Origin: Escherichia phage 241
Direction: 5' to 3' (one strand)
DNA length: 64,000 nucleotides
Sequence record: OR924452
The stretch's first letter is position 1; the number at the start of each line of letters is the position of its first letter. The notes beneath the pieces were generated by a model. That model saw nothing but the letters and a program-made list of their open reading frames with translations. It ran no database searches and was not told the DNA's origin. The translations under genes were made by a program, and so were the position numbers. This document shows, piece by piece, positions 17,012-25,231 of this stretch.

Positions 17012-17158
17012 CTACACTGCCCACAGCAGTGCGGACGAACCTTCACTCAAAACCGGATGCGCCGAAGTGGGCAACTGTTTACCGGACTGATCGGGTAGAC
17101 CCAGGAGAGAGCAGGTAATCCCGATCAGGAGGATGAGGAGTAACATCATGTAAAACAT
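17012..17158 (-). CDS. Small hydrophobic peptide (48 aa), not in the ORF track
   Basis: Strong RBS GGGAGGG 6 nt before the ATG; translation MFYMMLLLILLIGITCSLLGLPDQSGKQLPTSAHPVLSEGSSALLWAV. Confidence 0.35.
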   Translation of the reverse strand: MFYMMLLLILLIGITCSLLGLPDQSGKQLPTSAHPVLSEGSSALLWAV

Positions 17159-17215
17159 AGTGTTCCCTCCCTTCCATGCAACTAACTTTACTGCATTTAT
17201 TTATTGAATAAAGCG

Positions 17216-17785
17216 TTATTTTATCAATTCTAACTTCACAACGCGGCGCAGAAGATAAACATATTCATTAGATGCTTCATGCGACATATAATGCGTAGAA
17301 GGGGTGGAATGGTTGTTCTGGGTTTCTTTTAACCCAACGCGTTCAGCCCAACCATTAATGGAGTTCCCATAAAACCCGATAATCGCGCCGAAATAAATGC
17401 GCTGGCTCTCTGGTTCTAAAATATAGTTGACAGTGAAACAGATGTCAGAACGAATAGATTCTAATTTTATACCGACCCGACCTTCAGAGAATTCGTTGCG
17501 AACATACAAATGACGAAAACGATCGCGTCGCGCTTGTGATGACTCTTCCAATTCTTGGCGAAGTGAGGATGTTGCATCGATATTAAATGAAAATGTCGGG
17601 TTTTGCAAATCGGTACGGGCTAACTCTAATGCTGATTCAACAACACGGCGGAAATTAATATTTTTGCCAGTCAGACGTTTCACTTCTTCTGTAATTGTTC
17701 CGAAAGGGATTTTTACAACACGTTCCCCTTCGTATTTTGCTAACAAAGGGATGATGTGTTTCATTATTGCTGTATTAATGTGCAT
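17216..17785 (-). CDS. Hypothetical protein
   Basis: 189-aa ORF flanked by AT-rich intergenic regions carrying the TTATTGAATAA motif. Confidence 0.55.
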   Translation of the reverse strand: MHINTAIMKHIIPLLAKYEGERVVKIPFGTITEEVKRLTGKNINFRRVVESALELARTDLQNPTFSFNIDATSSLRQELEESSQARRDRFRHLYVRNEFSEGRVGIKLESIRSDICFTVNYILEPESQRIYFGAIIGFYGNSINGWAERVGLKETQNNHSTPSTHYMSHEASNEYVYLLRRVVKLELIK

Positions 17786-17939
17786 TTCCTGAGCCTCGTC
17801 AAATTAATTAAATGTCCCCACTATTATATTGGGAATATGTTTATTGAATATAACTCCAAGAAAGGCCAATAAAATAATGACAGCGATTATTAATAGGTAA
17901 AAACTACTTTTCTACAACATCAAGAAACTGTATCTTAAC

Positions 17940-18090
17940 GCGGTGCCCTTCGAGTTGTGAGTGTTAACGAACAACGAGAAGCAGCCTCCATGGCTGCGGA
18001 ATGGGACTGCCTGTCAAGGCGGTGTTACGAGCGAGGGCGTCAGCCCCCTCGCGAGTATATTCGAATAAATTAACGCGCGAGAGCGTTTTG
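17940..18090. repeat. GC-rich CGAG-repeat noncoding element (copy A)
   Basis: Contains CGAGTTGTGAG, AACGAG and ACGAGCGA words shared with a second copy at about 59985-60050. Confidence 0.4.
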
Positions 18091-18101
18091 ATTCCCTTTG
18101 G

Positions 18102-18108
18102 CTAAATA
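18102..18108 (+). promoter_or_regulatory. Late-promoter-like CTAAATA motif upstream of gp6
   Basis: CTAAATATCTTCAA about 45 nt before the start codon; same core as the motifs before gp14, gp18, gp22 and the tailspike genes. Confidence 0.45.
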
Positions 18109-18148
18109 TCTTCAACACCATATTCAAACTCAGGTGATGGAGATTATC

Positions 18149-19930
18149 ATGGCCACGCAAACAGTTCCTTCACTCGACGTCAGAGCCTTTGAGTACATTA
18201 TCAAACAGCGAATGAAAGCTGATCCCACCTTTAAAGATTATGACTTTGAAGGTTCCGGTCTTAGTGCTATTATTCGTTTGTTGGCATCTGATGCGAACGC
18301 CATAGCCTTTATGCAGAACATGCTTAATGGTGAAGGCCATTTAAAAACAGCAAATCAACGTTCTAATGTTGGTTTGTCTGCTGCTTTTCTTTCTTATACC
18401 CCCGACAACTATCGGGCGGCATACATGTATGCCAACATCAAAGTAACGCCGTATGACGCCAGTACAGCTCCTAATGAGATCATTATGGACCGCCGTGTGA
18501 TGTTCGTTGGGGCGAAGGATGGGAGTTCCTACAACTTTACTGTTGAAAAACCCGTGTCTGCCACGTTGACAACAGACGGTTATTACATGTTCAACAACGT
18601 GAAACTGATTCAGGGTAACTGGTTGTACAAGACATATGATGTTGAAGGAAGCGCGATTTCGACTTATACGATACCTTCGGAAAATGTTGATATCAATCAT
18701 CTGGTCGTACAGGTACAGGAATCAGAGTCCTCTGATGTTTCAACGACATACCAGAGATACAACAGTCCGTTCGACCTGAATCAATATGCATATCTCTATT
18801 TTGTGGAATTAGGGATAGATGGCCTGTATGTGTTTGAGTTCGGAGATGGTTATCTGTCTCGCCGAGTAGAAGATGGCAACGTTATTTTCCTCCAGTATTT
18901 AGAAACTTCTGGTGCTGAAGGTAATGACATCACTAGTTTATCTTCCGCATCTTCGATAGGCGGGTTTAACCAGGTTGATATAGAATTGGTTTCCGAACGC
19001 AGTGCGGGTGGGGGAGATCCGGAATCTATTGAAGATACGAAGCGTCTGGCACCTTTGGCTTATCAGGCTGATGGCGCTGCCGTTACGGAAACCGATTACG
19101 GTGTTTTAACTGAACGCTTGTTTTCTAACGTCGCCCGTGCTAAATCATATGGCGGCGATACGCTTTCCCCTCCGGATTCTGGTTACGTTTATATCGCTGT
19201 GATACCATCTGTTGGAGAGACTCTTTCAGACGCAGAGAAGGCTGATATCGTTGCCGCGTTGGACAAATACAACGTTGGGTCCATCACCCCCAAAGTGGTA
19301 GATTCTGAGATCACATATATCCAAGTCGCCACGACTATATTTTGGGATCCGACTTCAACGGTTTATGTTGAAGAACAAATGAAAGTGGTGGTGGGCAATA
19401 GTATCACCAAATGGGGTGAAAACAATCTCGGTGGTTTTGATCAGTTATTCGACAAAGAGATATTGCAGGAAGCAATTACGAAAATGGAACGTTCCATTAA
19501 CTCAAATATCACGTCTGTCGGTTATAAACGTCATTTCAAACCTGATTATGGTGTGTTGGATAGCTTTACTTTCAGTTATGGGAGAAGCATTAAACCTGGT
19601 TCTGTGAAAATAACAGGGTTTAAACCGCTTCCGGCCGAAGTTGATTTCACTTATTATATGCGCGATGACAATGGCGATTTGAACATGTATAAAGTGAACA
19701 ACAACGACACCACTAAAGAATTTTTGGTTCAAAAGACTGGTGTTGTGGATTACGCCAACGGCGTCGTAGATCTTCAGCAGATTACGGTTTCAAACTATAA
19801 TACTGAAGGAGTAACGATCGTTGTGCTACCAGATGGCCTGAATCAGAATATACAGGCTTCACAAAACCAGGTATTCAAAATCGGTGATGTGGTTGTTACG
19901 CCAGAGGTGCGCTATGTCCAAAGATCTTAA
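18149..19930 (+). CDS. gp6: Baseplate wedge protein (T4 gp6-like)
   Basis: Conserved DYDFEGS segment and overall N-terminal similarity to T4 gp6; start reset from the track's TTG at 18098 to the ATG at 18149 with a GGAG RBS. Confidence 0.75.
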   Translation: MATQTVPSLDVRAFEYIIKQRMKADPTFKDYDFEGSGLSAIIRLLASDANAIAFMQNMLNGEGHLKTANQRSNVGLSAAFLSYTPDNYRAAYMYANIKVTPYDASTAPNEIIMDRRVMFVGAKDGSSYNFTVEKPVSATLTTDGYYMFNNVKLIQGNWLYKTYDVEGSAISTYTIPSENVDINHLVVQVQESESSDVSTTYQRYNSPFDLNQYAYLYFVELGIDGLYVFEFGDGYLSRRVEDGNVIFLQYLETSGAEGNDITSLSSASSIGGFNQVDIELVSERSAGGGDPESIEDTKRLAPLAYQADGAAVTETDYGVLTERLFSNVARAKSYGGDTLSPPDSGYVYIAVIPSVGETLSDAEKADIVAALDKYNVGSITPKVVDSEITYIQVATTIFWDPTSTVYVEEQMKVVVGNSITKWGENNLGGFDQLFDKEILQEAITKMERSINSNITSVGYKRHFKPDYGVLDSFTFSYGRSIKPGSVKITGFKPLPAEVDFTYYMRDDNGDLNMYKVNNNDTTKEFLVQKTGVVDYANGVVDLQQITVSNYNTEGVTIVVLPDGLNQNIQASQNQVFKIGDVVVTPEVRYVQRS

Positions 19931-20768
19931 TAATGGTCACAATGGGGTTAAGTATGAAACCCCGTTGTTTTACCAAAACGATTTTCCTCTGTTCATCGAG
20001 TTCATGGACACGTTCTTTAATTGGCTGTATCGGCAGCAGGGCTTCACTCAAGAAGAAATTTTGGCATATCTGGCAGACACTTCGAGTTGGATGAATCCTG
20101 AGAGTGAAGATTCTCCTGTTAAACAACTCATAGATTTAAAGGCCGACAAAACGCCAGGCTCTGAAGCCAAAGATTATTTGTCAGATAAATTTTTGGTCAG
20201 AACATTTGAGAACATGATGGCTCTTGATGCCGAGACGCTGCTAGACGCTGATGGAAGGCCGTTGCTTTCTATTGAAGACAAGAACAAGCAGATAGACGAC
20301 TGGTATAATGATTTTGGGTTTCAACGAACTGTCGATAAATCATTTCAAGAATTTGGACATTTTATCCCAGTCGGTTCGGATTCTTTATTGACGGCCACGG
20401 GCGATACGTTCTCTGTTTATATTGAAGGAACTAAACGAAGAACTCTGGATCATCCGCGTTGGCTGAAATTGTTGAAACACATCTATAAAATACGTGGAAC
20501 AAAGAAAGCGATTGAATTGTTCTTTTGGATATATTTCGGTTGTCCAGTCAGCGTCTATTTTACGAAAGAAGACATAGGCGGTCTGGACGGAAATTTTGAA
20601 TGTGACGGCACGACAGGGATGCGTGATGATTACTATTATGATGAATACACTTATGTTATAGGAGTCCCAGGCGACGTATCTGATTTTGAAGGTGTGTTTG
20701 AGCGCGTCTTCCGTCAGCATTTCCATCCTGCTGGATTTACTGTATTCCTAGAAAGCACAAGGAGCTAA
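19911..20768 (+). CDS. Putative baseplate/structural protein
   Basis: Overlaps the gp6 stop (coupled); sits inside the structural operon. Confidence 0.5.
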   Translation, partial: AMSKDLNNGHNGVKYETPLFYQNDFPLFIEFMDTFFNWLYRQQGFTQEEILAYLADTSSWMNPESEDSPVKQLIDLKADKTPGSEAKDYLSDKFLVRTFENMMALDAETLLDADGRPLLSIEDKNKQIDDWYNDFGFQRTVDKSFQEFGHFIPVGSDSLLTATGDTFSVYIEGTKRRTLDHPRWLKLLKHIYKIRGTKKAIELFFWIYFGCPVSVYFTKEDIGGLDGNFECDGTTGMRDDYYYDEYTYVIGVPGDVSDFEGVFERVFRQHFHPAGFTVFLESTRS

Positions 20769-20770
20769 AA

Positions 20771-21961
20771 ATGGCCGATTTCCTGAGTCAATATACAGGT
20801 CAGCAGATAGATCAGATATTGGGTTCTGTTGACGACAAAGTAAGTAAAAACGACGTCATTGATGATTTTGAAGTCAGTGACCCATTGTTTCCGCCTTCTG
20901 CTCGCCTGACTTATGAGTTGAAAAGGTCTGTGGATACGATTAATGACACTCTGACCAACAAAGTTATAAGAACGGATAGTGGTGAACAGACAATCAACGG
21001 TAAGAAGACATTTAATGCGCTGTTGGTTACTAACGGGGGAATCCAAGTCCCCACTGGGAAATCTGTTTCAATCGCGGACGAACCAACCAACTCAACAGAC
21101 GGTGTCAACCTGAGTATGTTGAGGAAACATGGTGTCAGTGAAGACACCGCGCCAGATGGGTCTGGTTTGGCTGGGGAATTATTGACTTCCGGATATTACA
21201 AATTCAAACTGGATTTTAACAGATTGGCTGCGTATACGGAATTAACTCTCCCAACATCAGTTCCCGTGCAAACAGATTCTGGAGTTCGCACATGGTCAAT
21301 GACTGCATTTTTTAATGCGTTATTTGCCGACAACCGTTTTAACGGTTATGTAACGACGACCACGTATGATGCCGACATGTTGAGTCTGGAGTCTCAGCTT
21401 AACAATATCAACACGACGTTGAACGGAAAAGTCAACACGTCAACTTACAACACAAAAATGGCTTCGTTGGATTTGAGTATATCCAACATTAACACATCTT
21501 TGAGCAACAAGGTTGAGGTCAGCACATATAATACGAAGATGACTTCCTTGGACGGCAGTATCAGTTCTCTCACGACTGGTAAGGTCGATGTATCAACGTA
21601 TAATGCCAAAATGACCACAATTGATAACAGTTTGGGGAACGCTGTTTATCGCACCAAAACAAACTTGTCATCACTGACGGTATCGGCTTCTGGAACAACA
21701 GCTCTGCCAGACTTTGATTTGGTGAAACTTTGCCAGATATTGGTAACAGCACAATGGGGTACAGGAGATGTCGTAGACACATATCGAGTCACCATAACTC
21801 GAGATGGGACGATTAAGTCTGAGCTGCTGATCCAGAAAAGTACGAGCGGAACTGTGACGTTTACGGGTTCTGTAGTTGGTGGGAAACTGAGGATTTCTGT
21901 TGTCAATGCCAATACGACAACACCTTGCTCAGTCGATTATTCTATTACAGCATCTTTCTAA
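20771..21961 (+). CDS. Fiber-like structural protein with internal tandem repeats
   Basis: Four imperfect 24-27-aa repeats (VSTYNTKMxSLDxSIS...) in the middle of the protein. Confidence 0.6.
   Translation: MADFLSQYTGQQIDQILGSVDDKVSKNDVIDDFEVSDPLFPPSARLTYELKRSVDTINDTLTNKVIRTDSGEQTINGKKTFNALLVTNGGIQVPTGKSVSIADEPTNSTDGVNLSMLRKHGVSEDTAPDGSGLAGELLTSGYYKFKLDFNRLAAYTELTLPTSVPVQTDSGVRTWSMTAFFNALFADNRFNGYVTTTTYDADMLSLESQLNNINTTLNGKVNTSTYNTKMASLDLSISNINTSLSNKVEVSTYNTKMTSLDGSISSLTTGKVDVSTYNAKMTTIDNSLGNAVYRTKTNLSSLTVSASGTTALPDFDLVKLCQILVTAQWGTGDVVDTYRVTITRDGTIKSELLIQKSTSGTVTFTGSVVGGKLRISVVNANTTTPCSVDYSITASF
21355..21650 (+). repeat. In-frame tandem repeats (about 75 nt unit, 4 copies) inside the fiber gene
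   Basis: Repeated STYN(T/A)KM codon blocks visible at DNA and protein level. Confidence 0.6.
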
Positions 21962-21963
21962 AA

Positions 21964-22003
21964 CTAAATACCCCTAGATGACATGAATACATTTAGGGGT
22001 ATT
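21964..22003 (+). promoter_or_regulatory. Late-promoter-like motif plus hairpin (CTAAATACCCCT ... AGGGGTATT) before the tailspike start codon
   Basis: CTAAATACCCCT at 21964-21975 pairs with AGGGGTATT at 21995-22003; ATG at 22008. Confidence 0.5.
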
Positions 22004-22007
22004 ACAA

Positions 22008-25000
22008 ATGGCCAACAAACCAACACAGCCTCTTTTCCCTTTGGGTTTAGAAACTTCGGAGTCTTCTAACATAAAAGGCTTCAACAACTCCGGCACCATA
22101 GAGCATTCCCCTGGTGCAATATTGACGTTCCCTGAAGATACTGATGTTGCGGGTCTTCCATCTTCTGTGCGTTACAATCCTGTTAGTGATGAATTCGAAG
22201 GTTATTACGAAAATGGCGGGTGGCTGTCTTTGGGCGGCGGTGGAATACGCTGGGAAACGCTCCCATACGCTCCCTCTAGCAATTTGTTAGAAGGGCGCGG
22301 CTATCTCATTAATAACTCCACTGGGACTTCTACGGTGGTTCTTCCTTCCCCTACGCGCGTTGGTGACTCGGTTACAATTTGTGATGCCTATGGTAAATTC
22401 GCGACGTACCCATTGACTGTATCTCCAGCGGGAAATAACCTGTACGGCTCCACCGAAGATATGACGATATCCACCGATAACGTGTCGGCGACTTTCACTT
22501 GGTCTGGTGCTGAGCAGGGTTGGGTTGTTACATCTGGTGTTGGCCTAGGTCAAGGTCGTGTGTACAGTCGAGAGATTTTCACTCAAATTTTAGCATCTGA
22601 TACAAATGAAGTGACTCTCAACATCCCTCCGACAATTGTGGACGTGTACACTGATGGGAAACGCCTTACAGAATCCAAATATTCTTTAAATGGAAACGTA
22701 ATCACTTTCGACCCTTCTTTACCTGCTGGCACTGAATTGCAGGTAATAGAATATACTCCGATTCAGTTAGGTACTGGCGGCGGGGGTTCGGGCGCTTCTG
22801 CAATCACCTGGATTTACAATGGCGGATCCGCTATCGGCGGCGAAACCGAAATAACGCTAGACATCGTTGTAGATGATGTTCCGGCTATTGATATAAACGG
22901 GTCTCGTCAGTACAAAAATCTTGGATTCACGTTCGACCCATTGACGAGTAAAATCACTCTGACGCAAGAACTGGAACCAGAAGATGAAGTTGTTGTGGTT
23001 ATAAATGGGACACCAAACATTTATAACCAGATCGATCGTTCTTTACAGGAAGTTGCTCGCGCCTACAATTTTACAAATGCTCAAGTTATTTTGAGCAACG
23101 ATTATACTTCTGCGCTGGATAATAAAGTCGTTATTTATGATACAACATCCCAACGTTCTTGGGGGATTCCATCTGGAATTCCAGCAGGTTCTACAGTGGT
23201 TTCCGTCAATGGGGATCAACTGAAATACAAAAATGGATCAACTGAAACCACTGTTACATTGGTGAGTGTACCAGGTAGTGCAGAGAAGTTGAAGAACGAT
23301 CTGGCGTCGAACTCTGGCGCGGGCATGTTGAAAACTTCTAGAGGTGATACCGTAGAAGAAGAATTGACTTTTATTAATCAGAATATGGTCGTTCAAATTT
23401 CAGATTTCGCGAGCCTTAGAACTTTAGTGCCAGCCACAGCGGGCATCCGAGTCAAATTGAAAGGTTATTATTCTGGTTCTGAAATTGGTGGCGGAGAATT
23501 CATTTCCGTCGCTGGTGATGCTGTTGATGATGCTGGGATGATTGCTCGAGTGTCAAGCAGCTTCTATTGGAAGAGAATTATCGACAAACATATTACTCCT
23601 GGTATGTATGGCATCAAAGGGAATCTTCCAGAAGATCCGGCAGTGAAACTGAACGCTATGTTTACGGCTGCGGCTGCGGCTAACGCTTATGTCTTACTGA
23701 ACGATGTCGATACTCTGGTCTGTAAAAGCCCTGTCGTGATCCCAGCACATTCATTAGTGTACGGCAACAAGCGGACCATATTGAAACGTGATGCATCGTT
23801 GTCATATGCTAATGATTTCTTGACAATTATGAATGATTCATATGTCAAGGGGATCTATGTTGATGGTAGCCGTTTAGATTCTCAGACTCCGCTAGAAGCA
23901 GTTTTGGTGCGCATCGCTGGGAATGTGACTATCCATAAGAGCGAGATCCGAAACAATGCTGGCTATGGCGTTGTTGGTAACGCAGTCCCTGGCATTCGTA
24001 TCACCAAGAACATTTTTTCCAACTTCGCCAAAGGTTGTGTGGCTATGTTTGGCGACGGAACGGCGACGAGTGATGATCTGCAAATTAATGATAACAGATT
24101 CTTTAACCTGGGCGCGGGAACCATTTATGTTGGCGGTTACTCAAACTTCCTTGTCGACAAAAACGTCGGAAGAGGCACTTACGTGGGTTCTCCAGGAAAC
24201 CGTCTGTATGTTGTGACCAATACCAACGGGACTATCACCCAAAGCGCTGGGCCAGATTTTGGGGCGCTGAAAACGGGTATGTTCTTTGTATTGCCTGGTG
24301 GTTCTGAACATATGATAACGGCAGTCAACAGCCTTACAAGTGTGACAGTAACCCCAGCGCCTCCGTCGAATGCAACGGTTCGTGCAATTGCTGGGACAGG
24401 GGATCTTCTGGGCATCCAATCATGCTCCTACGGCACCATCAGCCGTAACAACCTGACCGATTGTGTGACTTACGGAACTGGTGGAGGCACGATGGAGGGG
24501 AGCACTCTGGGGTGCAATTATGTCACTTGGGAAGACAACTTCATCCGCAACACAGGTAAGAACGGAATCAACGTCGGGCAATCAGGCGCTGGGGTCGCCA
24601 CGTGTTCAATCCTGAGGAACACTCTGATACAGGTTGGTAACGGCGGTCAGGGCGTCGGCCCAGCGTATCTTCTGCCTTGGTTCGATACGGTAGGTATTGC
24701 TCTGTATCAGGGAAATCCAGGTTATATGGCGAATATGGACGTCAGTGATAACAACGTCTCTACATGGTCTGGCGATCTGAATGACGGCGCTGCTTGGTTT
24801 GGTATGAGCGGTTGTACGGAAGCCACTGTGACTTGTACAGGCAACAAATCTTCTGGTTATTCCGACGGCTATGTTCGTGGAGATATATTAGAAGTCACGT
24901 TGACAGGTTATGGTACAGGGGCGGCTGCGACTTCATTCGTTAGTGATGGTGAGTCTATACAGATAACCGTTCAAACAGGTACTTCACCAACAGCTTCTCC

Positions 25001-25181
25001 TTATTTTTCAGTGCGGAAGGCGATCCGCACCCGCCATCAACCGATGATAACGGCGCAGATCGTCACCACAACTGGGAACATGTCTCATTGTTGGGGCATG
25101 CAATCTAGTACAGCAGGAAACTGGATGGTGGGACAGAATACAACTCCTTCAGGGGTCACGACGTATTACGCAAAAGGGTAA
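22008..25181 (+). CDS. Tailspike protein (long form, multi-domain N-terminus, beta-helix-like C-terminal region)
   Basis: 1057 aa; N-terminal region shares a module with the 747-aa tailspike (RSLQEVARAYNF... versus RSIQEIARSANV...); Gly/Asn-rich repetitive C-terminal region. Confidence 0.75.
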   Translation: MANKPTQPLFPLGLETSESSNIKGFNNSGTIEHSPGAILTFPEDTDVAGLPSSVRYNPVSDEFEGYYENGGWLSLGGGGIRWETLPYAPSSNLLEGRGYLINNSTGTSTVVLPSPTRVGDSVTICDAYGKFATYPLTVSPAGNNLYGSTEDMTISTDNVSATFTWSGAEQGWVVTSGVGLGQGRVYSREIFTQILASDTNEVTLNIPPTIVDVYTDGKRLTESKYSLNGNVITFDPSLPAGTELQVIEYTPIQLGTGGGGSGASAITWIYNGGSAIGGETEITLDIVVDDVPAIDINGSRQYKNLGFTFDPLTSKITLTQELEPEDEVVVVINGTPNIYNQIDRSLQEVARAYNFTNAQVILSNDYTSALDNKVVIYDTTSQRSWGIPSGIPAGSTVVSVNGDQLKYKNGSTETTVTLVSVPGSAEKLKNDLASNSGAGMLKTSRGDTVEEELTFINQNMVVQISDFASLRTLVPATAGIRVKLKGYYSGSEIGGGEFISVAGDAVDDAGMIARVSSSFYWKRIIDKHITPGMYGIKGNLPEDPAVKLNAMFTAAAAANAYVLLNDVDTLVCKSPVVIPAHSLVYGNKRTILKRDASLSYANDFLTIMNDSYVKGIYVDGSRLDSQTPLEAVLVRIAGNVTIHKSEIRNNAGYGVVGNAVPGIRITKNIFSNFAKGCVAMFGDGTATSDDLQINDNRFFNLGAGTIYVGGYSNFLVDKNVGRGTYVGSPGNRLYVVTNTNGTITQSAGPDFGALKTGMFFVLPGGSEHMITAVNSLTSVTVTPAPPSNATVRAIAGTGDLLGIQSCSYGTISRNNLTDCVTYGTGGGTMEGSTLGCNYVTWEDNFIRNTGKNGINVGQSGAGVATCSILRNTLIQVGNGGQGVGPAYLLPWFDTVGIALYQGNPGYMANMDVSDNNVSTWSGDLNDGAAWFGMSGCTEATVTCTGNKSSGYSDGYVRGDILEVTLTGYGTGAAATSFVSDGESIQITVQTGTSPTASPYFSVRKAIRTRHQPMITAQIVTTTGNMSHCWGMQSSTAGNWMVGQNTTPSGVTTYYAKG

Positions 25182-25190
25182 TATTGAATG

Positions 25191-25228
25191 CCTAAATACC
25201 CCATATTGGACATCCTTTATGGGGTATT
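25191..25228 (+). promoter_or_regulatory. Late-promoter-like motif plus hairpin (TAAATACCCCAT ... ATGGGGTATT)
   Basis: 10-bp perfect stem AATACCCCAT/ATGGGGTATT with a 14-nt loop, 3 nt before the ATG at 25232. Confidence 0.5.
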
Positions 25229-25231
25229 ATC

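Noticed and set aside
12800-17215. CRISPR array or group I intron as explanation for the structured region
   Set aside because: The inverted repeats all have different sequences and irregular spacing, so this is not a CRISPR array; no group I intron core or split host gene could be recognised by eye, though covariance-model searches should confirm.
18098-18148. Track start at 18098 for the gp6-like gene
   Set aside because: Position 18098 is a TTG inside the CTAAATA promoter-like motif; the ATG at 18149 has a GGAG RBS and is the likelier start.
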